64,000 bases of DNA from Eledone cirrhosa. Its lineage: Eukaryota. Below, in pieces: positions 16,012 to 30,797 of the stretch. The position numbers and the translations under genes are program-made. Each line of letters opens with the position of its first letter. Positions within the stretch are counted from its first letter, which is position 1. The DNA lies in NCBI GenBank assembly GCA_964016885.1, contig OZ024742.1, forward strand, positions 173,104,001-173,168,000, read 5' to 3'. The notes beneath the pieces are model-generated. The model had not been told where the DNA came from. It did no database searches and saw only the letters and a list, made by a program, of their open reading frames with translations.

Positions 16012-16078
16012 TATTTTATTATACATATTTCAGAGGTACTGAGTTAACTTCAATAGTACGTCCTCATCAGATAAAATA
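16012..16078 (-). ncRNA. Type I hammerhead ribozyme
   Basis: TATTTTAT-CTGATGA-[GGACGTACT...AGTACCTCT]-GAAA-TATGTA-TA-ATAAAATA; perfect 8-bp stem I. Confidence 0.88.
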
Positions 16079-16137
16079 AGATGATGCATGACATACCCTG
16101 ACATAGTAGATGGTTAGGATTCAGTCATGCATCATCT

Positions 16138-16204
16138 TATTTTTTCTGATGAAGGCGTACTGTTGAAGTTAACTCAGTACCTCTGAAATATGTATAATAA
16201 AATA
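16138..16204 (+). ncRNA. Type I hammerhead ribozyme
   Basis: TATTTTTT-CTGATGA-[AGGCGTACTG...CAGTACCTCT]-GAAA-TATGTA-TA-ATAAAATA; one stem I mismatch. Confidence 0.82.
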
Positions 16205-16244
16205 TACATGATCACAAGAATATCTATTTTGTTAATATTTTGAA

Positions 16245-17651
<1,407 letters not shown>

Positions 17652-17652
<1 letters not shown>

Positions 17653-17722
17653 TGTTGTTGTGTAGCATTTTCGTATAGTACTGAACCGTTTGTTCGTCCT
17701 TTTAGCTCCCTCCAGTGTTGAT

Positions 17723-17775
<53 letters not shown>

Positions 17776-18705
17776 ACGTGTGTATATTGAAGTATATATA
17801 TACATTTATAAGTATATATATATATACATATATAAGTATATATATACATATATATTTATATATATATATATATACATACATATTGTTATACTTTTGCATA
17901 GGTGAAAGGATAGATCAACACTGGGGGGAACTAAAAGGCCGAAAAAACGGTTCAGTACTATACGAAAATGCTACACAACATCACGACGGTAACATAGACA
18001 ACATAGAAGTTAGAATAATATCTAAACATAGAAATGACCCAGCAGATAGACAAACCAGAGAGGCCAGCGAAATAGAACTTAAAAGGCCAAGGCTATACAG
18101 AAAATATGAATAGAATAACAACAACACCCAAACAAACGAAGTATAAATAAATACATAAATACATACATATAAACAAAGAGAAGTATAAATAAATACATAT
18201 AAACAATGAGAAGTATAAATAAATAAATAAATACATACACAAGCACAATGACAACAAACACATATAAACACATACTAGTAAACTAAGATAGAATACAATA
18301 ACCAATACACAGTTCCCCCAAACACGAACACACATCAAACAAAACACTATACACACACGCAAATGCATGCGCAGAAAAGACAGAAAAAATAAACAAATAA
18401 ATAAATAGACTAAATAAAGATGGCGTAAGCATACACTACAACGGGAGGAAACGCAATAGCACCAGTGACGATGTTGCAGATGTCCAACGAAAGAACTTTG
18501 TTAGACTATATATATGTGTTTGTGTCTATATTATATCCGTACTTTTGACCGTTGGTCAGTCAATGGAATCATTGAGGACCGAATAAATTAAATTAACCGA
18601 TATAAAAGACACAGCAGCGAAAACCAACCGAAGAGTGAGTGCGTTCTGTTATTAATTCGGGCAATAATATTAGACACATATGACCCTCCTCATATATAAC
18701 AATAT
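17652..18705 (+). mobile_element. PLE 3' fragment (GIY-YIG tail + 3' UTR/pLTR) with inverted 5' piece
   Basis: [31 protein letters not shown]...[11 protein letters not shown] resembles the 41426-41695 GIY-YIG. 17652-17725 is the reverse complement of about 17912-17982. Degenerate HHR at about 18460-18505. Confidence 0.75.
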
Positions 18706-18897
18706 TTGTTTCGACACACGATTTCATATCAAAAACGTCGCAAAACTAATATATATAAATATATATATATACGTAGATATATATGTATATATATGTATAT
18801 ATATATATATGTATACTTGTATATATATACATGTATATATACATGTATATATATATGTATATGTAAATATATGTATATATATGTATATGTATGTATA

Positions 18898-18960
<63 letters not shown>

Positions 18961-18965
<5 letters not shown>

Positions 18966-19097
18966 TGAGATTCTACAGGACTAGAACTGTTTCATTCTTT
19001 AGTCCTGTAGAATCTCATCTATATTAATACTTTTATACTCTGCAATGTATTGAGTACCTTACTTACTGTGGTTACCTACGATTCAACCCGGTATAAC

Positions 19098-19098
<1 letters not shown>
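18961..19098 (+). repeat. Short fold-back fragment of the family at 58911-59070; carries only the 3' half of the hammerhead
   Basis: ATAGATGAGATTCTACAGGACTA / TAGTCCTGTAGAATCTCATCTAT arms; the tail matches the reverse complement of 58919-58978. Confidence 0.75.
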
Positions 19099-19161
<63 letters not shown>

Positions 19162-19361
19162 TTATTAAAATAACAGTTTAAAGTTTAAGCAAAGGATCGG
19201 TGCTTTCACACTTCACCGGATCTCCTAAAACCAAAAAATCAATCTGTGAACGCAGAAGTAAATATTTCGAAAAACGTTACAACCGAAGTAAAACATACAT
19301 ATATATATATATATATTACTCTTTTACCTGTTTCAGCCATCCGGCTGAGGCCATGCTGGGG

Positions 19362-19397
<36 letters not shown>

Positions 19398-19404
<7 letters not shown>

Positions 19405-19660
19405 ATACTTTGGGAGGGTCATGTTGCCAATAAGAAACACACGCACCAGTTGCTTTCACTTCAATTTAATTTATTAAATATTTATAAATTTACAAATTTA
19501 TAAATTTCTGGTTGGTTGGTTGGTTCCACAACCAGATAGTTGTTTATATATATATATAGTCATAGTTCTTTCGTCACACACTATGTGACCTCTTCAGTGA
19601 CTGGGAATTTCTTTCTTCGTTTCTGTGCCTTTCCTTTCTTCTATCCTACGCCAAATTCAG
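19398..19660 (-). mobile_element. Solo PLE pLTR fragment (same family as the 41.7-42.1 kb 3' end)
   Basis: 19398-19540 is the reverse complement of about 41955-42092; flanked by (TA)n. Confidence 0.8.
19558..19602 (-). ncRNA. Type I minimal hammerhead ribozyme
   Basis: AGTCA-CTGAAGA-G[GTCACA TAGTG TGTGAC]-GAAA-GAAC-TA-TGACT. Confidence 0.85.
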
Positions 19661-19665
19661 AAACG

Positions 19666-19702
<37 letters not shown>

Positions 19703-19737
19703 AAAGAATAGAGGTGTAACACACAAGTTATTATATA

Positions 19738-20189
19738 TTTGTAAACGGAATAGAAAATGCTGACAAATTGTTCACAGTTGAAAAATGGTTTAATTAGGAA
19801 TAAAAGAGTATTAGTGATTGTATGGGTTAGTATTCAGTTGTGGTTTTAAGTTTTTAACTTTTCACCGGTTGCGCATTTCTAAATGCTTTTCAAAAATAAT
19901 TTTGAGATAGAGTGTCCGTGCTGTTTGCTCTGTTGCGCATTTCTAAATGCTTTTCAAAAATAATTTTGAGATAGAGTGTCCGTGCTGTTTGCTCTGATCA
20001 GAGCAAACAGCACGGACACTCTATCTCAAAATTATTTTTGAAAAGCATTTAGAAATGCGCAACCGGTAAAAACTTAAAAACTTAAGACCACAACTGAATA
20101 CTAACCCATACAATCACTAATACTCTTTTATTCCTAATTAAACCATTTTTCAACTGTGAACAATTTGTCAGCATTTTCTATTCCGTTTA

Positions 20190-20193
<4 letters not shown>
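19738..20193. mobile_element. Spacerless palindromic element with internal about 63-bp duplication and variant hammerhead-like motifs
   Basis: Centre GCTCTGA|TCAGAGC at 19997/19998; arms near-identical. Motif TTT-TTGAAAA-GCATTT AG AAATGC-GCAA-CCGG-TA-AAA at 20035-20071. Confidence 0.9.
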
Positions 20194-20242
<49 letters not shown>

Positions 20243-20550
20243 CTGTTTGTGTGTGTATGTTTATATATATATAATCAAAAGGGATATTCAGTTTGTTGGT
20301 AATTCAACAAATATAAATGTTTATAACTCTTTCAGAACACTCGACAGATTTTTCGGGAGTATAATATTCAATGATATTAAATAAATGGAAACTATATTTA
20401 TAAAACCATATATATTCTATTATATATATTTCAAGGGTACCAAAACTTTGGTACTCTCTAATCAGAAAAAAACACAAACTTTGTTTTTTTATATGGACAT
20501 AACCAGGAAAAGATACCTTAACGGCTGAAGTTTTTCTTGGATATCCAAGA

Positions 20551-20700
20551 AAAAACTGAACCGTTAAGGTATATTTGTATAATACTTGAACCGTTAAGGT
20601 ATCTTTGTATAACACTTGAACCGTTAAGGTATATTTGTATAAAACTTGAACCGTTAAGGTATCATTGTATAAAACTTGAACCGTTAAGGTATCATTGTAT
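20551..20700 (+). repeat. Five tandem 30-bp units (AAAACTTGAACCGTTAAGGTATCATTGTAT)
   Basis: Exact 30-bp periodicity. An inverted degenerate unit lies at about 20509-20533, and a degenerate HHR (CTGATTA core) at 20414-20470 (-) is adjacent. Confidence 0.9.
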
Positions 20701-20715
20701 ATATATATATATATA

Positions 20716-21601
20716 CGAGGTGTGTCAGAAGAGTTCCAGGACTGATGTCACAAAATATTTATTTCAAACCCAAACTTCAAACTAAGAGTTTTCTCCTTCA
20801 AATTAATCCCTCTTGAGTCTAATGCACTTTCCATCCTTTTCTGCCACGCTTGCATGCACTCCTGGAAGGATTCTTCCGAGATCACCCGCAGTTCCATCGT
20901 CAGGGCTTTTTTGCTGTGGTCCACCTCTTCAAAACGGGTCCCCTCCGGGTCGTACTCGAAGATCCAGGACTCATCACATGTGATGACTGTCCCTAGCAAA
21001 TCTGGTTCGGTTTCAAGACGCTCGAGGATGTCCTGGCACACTTGCATGCGTCGACCCTTCTGGTCATCCTTCAGCAGTTTTGGCACGATCTTTACGCAAA
21101 CTTTACGCATGTGCAAATCTTCAGTGAGAATCTTCCAGACGCTGTCCCGATCCATGCCCAGCTCATTTGCCATCAGTCGAACAGTCAGCCGACGGTCGTT
21201 AAGCACCATCTTGTTGAAGCGCTCAACGTTGATTCAGTCCTGGTTGATGAGGGCCTTCCGCCCCTGGGGTCATCTTGCACCAGTCAAAAACGCGTGAGAG
21301 TGACATCGTCTCATCTCCATACACTTGCTGCAGCAATCCCAGTGCTTCTGACGGAGTTTTCCCCAACCGTACCAGAAACTGCAAGTTTGTTCGTTGTTCT
21401 GTGCTCATTGCCTCACGACCTGAAACAGAGGACATGTATATAAACAATTATGAAGAAAAAAGTTTGGTCGCTGCAGAGAGCTAAGATTACAGTTACATAC
21501 TCCAGGAGGATTACTTTGAAGGGGAAAACTTGTTGTGTGAAGTTTGAGTTTGAAATAAATCTTTTGTGACATCAGTCCTGGAACTTTTATGACGAACCCG
21601 G
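20716..21601 (-). mobile_element. Internally deleted Tc1/mariner (mariner-like) transposon
   Basis: TIRs CGAGGTGTGTCAGAAGAGTTCCAGGACTGATGTCACAAAA... and its reverse complement; TA flanks. Transposase remnants EQRTNLQFLVRLGKT, DRRLTVR, IVPKLL, ITCDESWIFEYDPE; the second and third catalytic Asp regions are deleted. Confidence 0.95.
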
Positions 21602-21607
21602 TATATG

Positions 21608-21738
<131 letters not shown>

Positions 21739-21941
21739 GTATATATGTATATATAAGTATATGTATATATATATATATATATATGTATAAATATACGTGT
21801 AATGTGTTTCTACGTCTATGTGTGTATGTACATAGACGTACAGGATGACATAATATGTGATGCATGGAGGTGTTTTGATAGATGGTAAATAGATATTTCG
21901 AATGGATAGTACCAGACATAACATACATTTTCTCTCTCTCC

Positions 21942-22015
<74 letters not shown>

Positions 22016-22138
22016 GGGGAGAACGTTAGAGAGATAGAGACAGAAAAATCATGCCAGATGTATATTGAATACACTTATGCACATAATACGAAAAACATGC
22101 ATCCGCAAACTTATACACACGAATACGTACACACACAC

Positions 22139-22188
<50 letters not shown>

Positions 22189-22221
22189 CAGAGAGAGAGA
22201 GACAAAGAAAGATATATGTAT

Positions 22222-22402
22222 AATTGTTTCTACTTTTGGCACAATGCCAGGAAATAATCCGTACATGACTGATACTTTACTTTATCGACGCCGTAAGGAT
22301 GAAAGGCAAATTAACCTCGGCGGGATTTGAACTCAGAATGGAAACGGCCGTAACACTATGCGTCAAAGCTTGACGTTCGACCCTCTACCGATACTGCCAA
22401 TC
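22222..22402 (-). mobile_element. tRNA-derived SINE (Nin-domain-like core)
   Basis: Reverse complement of GATTGGCAGTATCGGTAGAGGGTCG...TCTGAGTTCAAATCCCGCCGAGGTTAATTTGCCTTTCATCCTT. Confidence 0.85.
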
Positions 22403-23330
22403 GAGAGATATGTATAATGCCGACCGATTTGATGTTGGTATTATAACTTTATTTATACATATTCTGCATCTTCCCATACATAAAGTACTCCCTTATTCTG
22501 TCGTCTGTTCGGCCTCAGCACTGCTGACTCTCTCTCATCTCCCTCCCTCTCAATCACTCCGCCCATTTTCTCCCTCCCTCTCTTTTTTTCTTCAATCTTT
22601 CACTCCCTCTCTCTTCCTCTCTCTCCCTCTCATTATATCACCTTTCTCTTATGTATTACATATATGTCTATATGAAAATACCATATGTATATGTATATAC
22701 ATATGGTATTTTCGTGTTAATAAATCAGTTACTAGTTATCAGGCAGTGATTAATATGTTCATGTTCACGCACTGAATTGCAAAATTCTATACTGACTCTA
22801 GATTATTTCCATGTCAATACCGATTAACATAGCTAGAAACAGCGCTGTCCGACATTCTCGACCCTACTGGCAATTCATGTGCACGAAGATAAATAGAAAA
22901 CAAAAACAGACTACTGAGATTATGGATAGGTTTATTGCACAAACATATGTCGTATATATCCACTCTCTCTATATATATATATGTGCGTGTGTATGTGTCT
23001 GTGTGGGTCTGCACACGTGCGTGCACGCGTCTGTGTGTGTGTGTATGTGCGCGTGTCTACATATATAAACACAAATCACTTTGTACGATATTTGCCACGG
23101 CACTACTAAATCTGAATGAGTATGCTCTGATTCCGTAATGAATGTCAGTTATCTTTGAACAGATTAGTAGTTGGCGTGGTGTTTCACTACACTACATGAC
23201 GCAACCATCGATTGGTATTATGTTTTATTAACATCTAATGGGGAATACACATACACACATACACACACATACACAAACAGTCACACACGCCCACGCAGAC
23301 ACACACACACGCATATATATATGTGTGTGA

Positions 23331-23391
<61 letters not shown>

Positions 23392-23394
23392 TCG

Positions 23395-23472
23395 TATGCA
23401 TTACAATACAACGGGAGGAAACACAATAGCACCACTGATGATGTCACAGTTGTGTGACGAAAGAGCTTTGAT

Positions 23473-23523
<51 letters not shown>

Positions 23524-23680
23524 CTGTATTTTTATCCATTGGTCAATCAATGATAAACGTTATATGGAGATATAAAAGATACAGAAGCGAAAACCAACCC
23601 AAACCAAACTGAATATGTTCTAATATCATTTCTGGCAATATTATAACAATATGTCCCTCCCCCAAACATAACAATAAATA
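23395..23680 (+). mobile_element. Solo pLTR-like fragment (family of 18430-18705) with hammerhead core at 23431-23472
   Basis: CCA-CTGATGA-T[GTCACA GTTG TGTGAC]-GAAA-GAGC-TT-TGA; weak stem I; left end abuts (TA)n. Confidence 0.7.
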
Positions 23681-23706
23681 AATATATATAAAAACATATA
23701 TATAAA

Positions 23707-23747
<41 letters not shown>

Positions 23748-26700
23748 TCCTGGAAGTCGTGAAAGCAATGTGACATTACATGAAATTATTAAAATGTATA
23801 ATTAAAAACCCAATCATTACCCGGGAAGAAATAAAACATTCTGTCTGAAAAGACTTACATCAGAAAATCAGTATGGTATACATAAGGCTATATAACGACA
23901 GCACATCCTGGCGTTGGAGCTTGAATAAGCAAAATCTTTAGTTGTAGTAAAATCTTCTTCAGAAGATGCTGGACCTCGAAAACATATGAAAATGCATATA
24001 TATGTTTAGTATTTTTTTTTTTTTTCATTTCTGTTCGAAGAGGAATATTTTAGATTTTGAACGTTAGAGATTGTGTTTATTCTAGAAAATGGTAATCGTT
24101 TGTTACCGGTAGAGCATTCTGCAGTTGAAGTTTGAGTAAGCACAACTTTTAGTTGCTCTCTCTCGGCCATTTCACGTTGTTCCAGTCCATTCATTTTCAA
24201 AAAATATTTCAAGAATAGATTATACGTTACCAACCATTCCAGATAGAGTGTCATACCGATTCAGTTTAGAAATTACTTTAAAGTTACACATATTCGTATA
24301 ATGATCAACGACGTTCATTTTAATTGATGAGCTGGACGTTTTCTTCATCGAATATTTGAATAATCAGCATTGAATTTGATGGACTGTACATCATCGTTAT
24401 GTCTAAATTAAGCATCAGTCATAATCCCTGAGATACCCATCAGATTTTAGATTTAGAACTGAGTAACTGTATCGATAAAGAGGAGCAGACCTCTCTTTAA
24501 CCTTAGAATTAACTTAACTTTCGGAAGCTGGGGAATTGAAGGTTCTTGCTGAAGGACACATAGCGACTCCCATTCAGGGAATTGAACCTAAATCCGTATT
24601 AACAGGATTTATACAGGCTAACACGTAGTCCATTTGAAGTCATTTGATAATTTTATAACGATGCATAATATAAAATTATATAATAAATATACAAATACTT
24701 GTATATTCACTGTTCATTCATTTCATAGTACCACATTTTATTCGCTTCTGTTTAGATCTGTTAACTGATACGAAACCCTCAGAAGAGCGCCGCACATTTG
24801 TGAAAGAACGTTTAAAAATACAAAATATTTAAGATTTGTTGTTTAATGTAATGACTCAATTAATTGCTTTTATGTTATCACTTGCTCTCTGATTTTATTC
24901 CTTGCTAAACACGAACATCTATAAGATATCTATTCATTGAAACGCGCCTTTTAAACTCCTGCATTATAACAGAATATTGATTATTCAGTGTGATATATTA
25001 CAGATAATCAATTCTTCTTTTCAACTCTTACATTACTCGTGGCGAAATGACGTCGCATTAAATTTCTCATTATTATCCCTTTACGATCTGAGTTCAAATC
25101 CCGCCGAGGTTGACTTTGCCTTTCATCCTTGCAAGTTTGATATATAGAGATTTGACACTTCCTAAATTGTGCTGTATCCGGTTATTTTAGTCGTTAGAGT
25201 GTGTACTGTGTGATTTGTATTTTCGTTTCACTGTTGGAGAACCAGTCTATCTCGTGGTCCCGGCGGATAGGATAAAGAAGACATTGCCCCGGATAACAAA
25301 AAGCAAGGGAGTCGAAATGGAACAGCCACTCCACTTTGTGGATCAAGCAATTGCATGCAGCCAACTACGTGAGTAGGCTCGTGGTCCGGGCACGAGAACG
25401 CCGAAAGTCTCCACTACCACAAGCTCGACCACAGGGGCTGAGGAAATTGTTGAAGCTGGGAGGGGTTGGATCGGGACAATTGTTATATATCTGTGTGTGT
25501 TGAGTTAAAATCCCGCCTTCTTCAGCTAGGATATATGACCAGCAGTTACGATCAGGTATCGAACCTGTTTGGTGATCAGGTAAATATTTTGCTTAAATGA
25601 CAGGGATAAGACGTGAAACCTCCACTATTCTGAAATGTGTCCATCATTATATCTATTATTTCCTTAGATGTTTCAATAATGTACAGGGTAATGCTCAATG
25701 AATAGCGTTAAACATTTCCAATATTAAATGACACAAATTTAAAATAATGTAAAGTAGAAAAAGAAACGCGTAAAAGAGAATCATCGAATCTCTTCTATAA
25801 ATATTCTGTTCTTTTCAAACTGGTTTTACTTTTCTCTTTGATGGAACAGTTAATCTTTTGTGACGAGAAAATATACTATTATTTCCATTCGATATTACAT
25901 TGTAAGCATCTCGATTGCCATTTTAGTGACACACCCTCTCAAGTACCGTTAACTGAAGATTTCATTCAAAGAGGGGTTGACGGGGCTGAATATCTTTTGT
26001 AATTAGCGTACATTTGAAATAAGCTTTCATCGTTCAGTTACGTGCTACAAGTGATGGATTGCCTGCCTGCTTCTGCAGTGTGCACATCATATTTAAATTA
26101 TATAAAAAAGGAATCCATTTGTGATATTAATTTTTTTTCTTTTCAAATATGATTGCATATGAACTAACACACACACACACACGCACGAACGCACGCACGC
26201 ACGCCCCCACCCTCACATATATATCATATAATGTTACTTAAATATGTGGTTGTCTCTGTATGTAGATACAAGAGTGTATGCGTGCGTGAGGAATCACTGG
26301 CAAACATAAAAACCCGAGGAATACATCACAAAATAGTGATATCGTCTCAAATAAAATGTTCAAGTGTGAAACCATGCTGCATATGACATTCTCATACGTG
26401 AATTCTTATACGCATCTGCATGTGATTCGAAAACATAGCATTGTCGCATATATAAATGTTTTATATATAAACAGTTTTTCATGGTGAGTATAGGTCTCTC
26501 GAAAAACCTAACTACTAGTACTTGATTTCATAAAAGAAGTAATTTGTGTAGGTGGAACCTCGGGAACTTTGATACACAGAATTGATATTGTTATAAACGT
26601 GTATCTGCTTATGAATATACATGAACAATCTCAAAAGAAGACGAAATTAATTAATTTCATGTCTTTCATTGTCAACAGAGAGTGAGGCCGTTCCATTTAA

Positions 26701-27055
26701 TAAGATTAACTTATTACTAGCTAACATGACAGAGATTTGAGACCAACAACTATTACGAGATGTTTCTGGTTTATTGTAGCCGGAATATATTCATTATCTT
26801 ATTATATCCTGCTTCGCTGAAATATAATTTATTTTATATTATAATATAATATTTAGCAATACTTTTATTAACATTTATTTTATATATTGAGCCAGAGCTT
26901 ATATATATATATGAATTATGTTTTTACATTGAGCTATTTAGCTTACTGGTAATAAGGTAGTAATATATTACTGTCTACCACTCTTTAGGGTTTATAAAAA
27001 TATATATAACTGCAAAATGTTTTTGTATTTGCATAACCATAAATAGTATAATTAA

Positions 27056-27113
<58 letters not shown>

Positions 27114-27130
27114 AAGTATTCACATGCACA

Positions 27131-27172
<42 letters not shown>

Positions 27173-27261
27173 AAACATACATATATATATATACGTACAC
27201 ACACATAAATACATACGCATATGTACGTATGGGTTATATCGAGCACTGATAATTGTTTCTA

Positions 27262-27575
27262 CGAAAGGATGAAAGGCAAAGTTAACTTAGGCGGGATTTG
27301 AACTCAGATCATAAAGGGCCGTAACGCTACGCTGAAAAGCATCGCGTTCAACCTTCTACCGATACTGCAAATTCACACTAATAATAATTGTTTCTACTTT
27401 TGGAACAGGGCAATAAATTATTCCAGTGCATTACTGGTACTTTATTTTATCGACCCCGTAAGGATGAAAGGCAAAGTTAATCTCGCGGGATTTGAACTCG
27501 GACCATAGAGGGCCGTAACTCTTTGGTGCAAAGCATGTCGTCAGACCCATTACCGATACTGCCAATCACCGAATT
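27262..27575 (-). mobile_element. Two tandem tRNA-derived SINE copies
   Basis: Two AAGGATGAAAGGCAAAGTTAA...GGGATTTGAACTC...TACCGATACTGC blocks. Confidence 0.85.
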
Positions 27576-27822
27576 CACCCTAATAATAATGTTCGATATG
27601 TTTGTAAACAATGTATCAGCTGTGCAGCAGCGAGAAATAAAATTCTAATTTTATTTTATTTTTTCTTACCCCACTCCTATATATATATATATATTATAAA
27701 ATAATAAAAATCCATGGTGCTGACAATCAGAGCCTTGAGAGCGACCAACAATTTTCGAGCTGTTACCTCTGTCGGCCGCCCTCAATTTATTTTATCTGTT
27801 AAATTCCTTCGTTATATTTTGA

Positions 27823-27882
27823 ATTACCTGATGATGTCACCGATTTAATACTGAACCCGGTCATTGAAATGATCATAGTATA
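27823..27882 (+). ncRNA. Probable type I hammerhead ribozyme within a (TA)n-flanked insert (about 27695-28080)
   Basis: TAC-CTGATGA-[TGTCACCG...CCGGTCATT]-GAAA-TGATCA-TA-GTA; palindromic stem III, short stem I. Confidence 0.65.
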
Positions 27883-28090
27883 ATAACTCTTTCAATTATT
27901 AAACACCAGTCCAGCCTCCTGTTATTTTATAATAATTAACTCCGTACTCGCACCGCCAACTACACAAACGAAGACGGGGGAGTTGCATTACGTTGAATGC
28001 TCTCCATAATATTACATCGAGGTTGACTATACGGAATGACAAGTTTTATCCAGTGGTGAACCAACAAACCTAAATAAATATATATATATA

Positions 28091-28123
<33 letters not shown>

Positions 28124-28481
28124 GAATGTATATATAGTGTATTTTGCAATACACTGTATGCTTAATTAAAAGCATTTCGAAGACCTTATGCTATTGTGTT
28201 ATAGTAGTGACAGTCTCACTAACTTTACATTTTCAGCAAACAGAGGAGAGAAAGCTCACAGAGCTATATTTCGTACTGATTGGTACTTATCAAAGCCAAG
28301 TATTCCACCTGCTTGCTGAAAATCATGAATGTTTGATTCTTATAGAATTTCTAGTAATAATCAGGAATTGATTATACAGAGCGGTTGCTGGTCAAGCAGA
28401 AATTGAAAATTAGAATTGGCACTCTGAAATAGCTATATATATATGAATGTATATATAGTGTATTTTGCAATACACTGTATG

Positions 28482-29420
28482 AGCGTAAGAGGATGGTTGA
28501 ATAGTAGGTAAATTCCAAAGGTGTTTAGTGGATTCTGGGTTGGTCAATTTCTGCGTGCGGGTATTCCATGAAGCGATGCTCGGAAGAAGAGAGATGTGGG
28601 GTGCGCGCGCAACAGGAAGTGGTCAAGCAGTGGGAGTGCTGTGTGTCTGTTTGTGCTGGGAGGTGGTCAGATGGCATAGCAGTAGTCGGTGGAATGGTAA
28701 AGGGGCGAGGATGGGTAGGTATGACAGTTGGAGTGAGGAGGGTGTGTGTGTGTGTATTAGTAGAGGTGTTAGTGGGATGAGTGAGTGTGGAGCGAGGGTG
28801 TGGGTGGAGCGGGGAGAGAAGGGTGTGTGTGGTTCTATGGAGGGAGTGTGGTGTACTGGTGTGTGTGTAGTTTGATGAATGGGTGTTAGTGGGTGTTAGT
28901 GTACGGGAGGTGGGGAGGGGTTGAATGCAGGTGTGAGTGGGGGTTAGTGGTGGCAGGGTGTGTAGAGTTGGTGGTGTACGAGGGCGTGTGGGTACGTGTG
29001 CGTGGCGTTGGGGGGTATTAGTGATGTTAGTTGCGTGTGGGGTGGTGTAAGTGGGTGCGTGTGTTCGTGTGCTTGGGGTTAGGGGTGTTAGTGGGGTTAG
29101 TTGCGGGGTGGTGGGATGCATGTGTGGGGGTGAGGGTTAGTGGTGGTAGTAGGGTGTGTGTTTAGTGTGAGCGCGTGTATATATGTGCCGGTGGCTGTGT
29201 ACGTGTGATAAGGAGGGGGGAGGAGGAGAAGAAGGGAGGTATGTTAGTTGGGGAAGGGTGGTCAGATGAGGGTGGAGTGGGGGTGTTAGTATTGTTAGTT
29301 GTGTGGTGGGCGGTGAAAAGGAGGGGTGTGTTAGTGGTGTTAGTGGGGGATAAGTGTGGGGGGAGGGGGGCGATCGAAGGCTAAAGGAATAAGGGTGGGG
29401 AGTTCAGGCCGGGGGGAGTG
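28482..29420. repeat. G/T-rich strand-asymmetric low-complexity block, unclassified repeat
   Basis: Degenerate GTGTTAGTGGG-like units; overlapping ORFs are low complexity. Confidence 0.5.
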
Positions 29421-29906
29421 TGGGTCTGTAAGATGAAGATAGTTCGTTGTTCGACCGTAAGGCGATTGGCGGGTGTTCCGTGGCACTGGAAACATTTCCC
29501 GCTCTACAGGTGTTTGCTGTGTGTCGCTTTCATTTCGACGCATTACATTAAAGATAGTACATATCACCACAGTGCACCAGTAACTAAGAGGAATAATTAC
29601 AACAACAAAAAAGGGAAAGTGATATATATACTTATGCTTATATATTAGACTATATAATGTATTCAATGTTACAGCGGTGCTTCAATTTCTATTTCAGTTG
29701 TAAAAGTTCACTCGCAGCATTCGAAACAGATTTCCTTTGTTTATATATCACTATTCAGTTATAGATTCTAAGAACAACGTGAAAATCTGCTTTTGTTCAT
29801 CGGCTCAATGTACCGTGTCGTCTGGCAAATGAGGGGTGTTTTATGACACACATCTGTTGTGTTACCAATTTTGTTTCCTTCAATGGTTTTTATTACACTA
29901 ATTTGT

Positions 29907-30797
29907 CGGCGGACTGGCAGTATCAGTAGAGGGTGTGATGCTATGCTTTACAGCAAAGAGTTACGGCCCTTTATAGACTGAGTTCAAATCCCACCGAGGT
30001 TACCTTTGCCTTTCATCCTTAGGGGGTCGATAAAATAAAGCACCTGTAATACACTGAGATAATTACACTATATCATTTAGTCAATGCTAAGGCAACACAT
30101 TTTCTAATTCATTTCTATGTGTACATAAACATATCTATATTAATATAGTTAGATATATTTATGATGGTCTTCGGCGGTTTGCCTCAACTTTCAACCCTGT
30201 GGAAAGCTCAGCCTTTTGCGGGTTAATTTCCTAGGCAGGTTCGGTTGATCTAAGAACTGTTATATTCTTCGTCGAAGCCGATGGTGGTCTATTCTATACA
30301 ATGTCATCGTTAAGATACCGCTAGGTGTATCATCATTCTTGCATTATTGTATAAAACAAATAGGGCGGTGGATTGGCAGTATCGGTAGAGGGTCGGACGC
30401 CATACTTTCTAGCATAGTTACGTCCTTTTACGATCTGAGTTCAAATCCCGCCGAGGTTGACTTTGCCTTTCATCCTTACAGGGTGGATAAAATAAAGTAC
30501 CAGTAATGCACTGGGTAACTGCTGGCCTTGTGCCTAAAGTAGAAACAATTATTGTATAAAACAAGAAAAGACCTGCGATATGTTATGCTAGTGCAGCACA
30601 GTGAAATGACGCGAACAGTCAATCGGTAGAGGGTTGGACGCCATGCTTTGCAGCAAAAAGTTACGTCCCTTTATGGTCTGAGTTCAAATCCCGCCGAGGT
30701 TATCTTTGCCTTTCATCCTTATGGGGGTCGATAAAATAAAGTACCAGTAATACACTGAGATAATTGCTGGCCTTGTGCCAAAGAGCAGAAACAATTC
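29907..30797 (+). mobile_element. Three tRNA-derived SINE copies (29907-30065, 30363-30547, 30622-30797)
   Basis: A-box-like TGGCAGTATCGGTAG, B-box GAGTTCAAATCCC and conserved core. TSD ATTATTGTATAAAACAA at 30343-30359 and 30548-30564. Confidence 0.9.

Noticed and set aside
20551-20700. 30-bp repeats resembling a CRISPR array
   Set aside because: Units are directly adjacent with no unique spacers, there are no cas genes and the context is eukaryotic; this is a minisatellite.
24006-24254. 82-aa minus-strand ORF as a host gene
   Set aside because: No recognisable domain or splice context; neighbouring frames are full of stops.
28525-29121. 198-aa Thr/Pro/His-rich ORF or telomere-like repeat
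   Set aside because: Low-complexity GT-rich sequence; TTAGGG/TTAGTG-like words are sporadic, not a tandem array.
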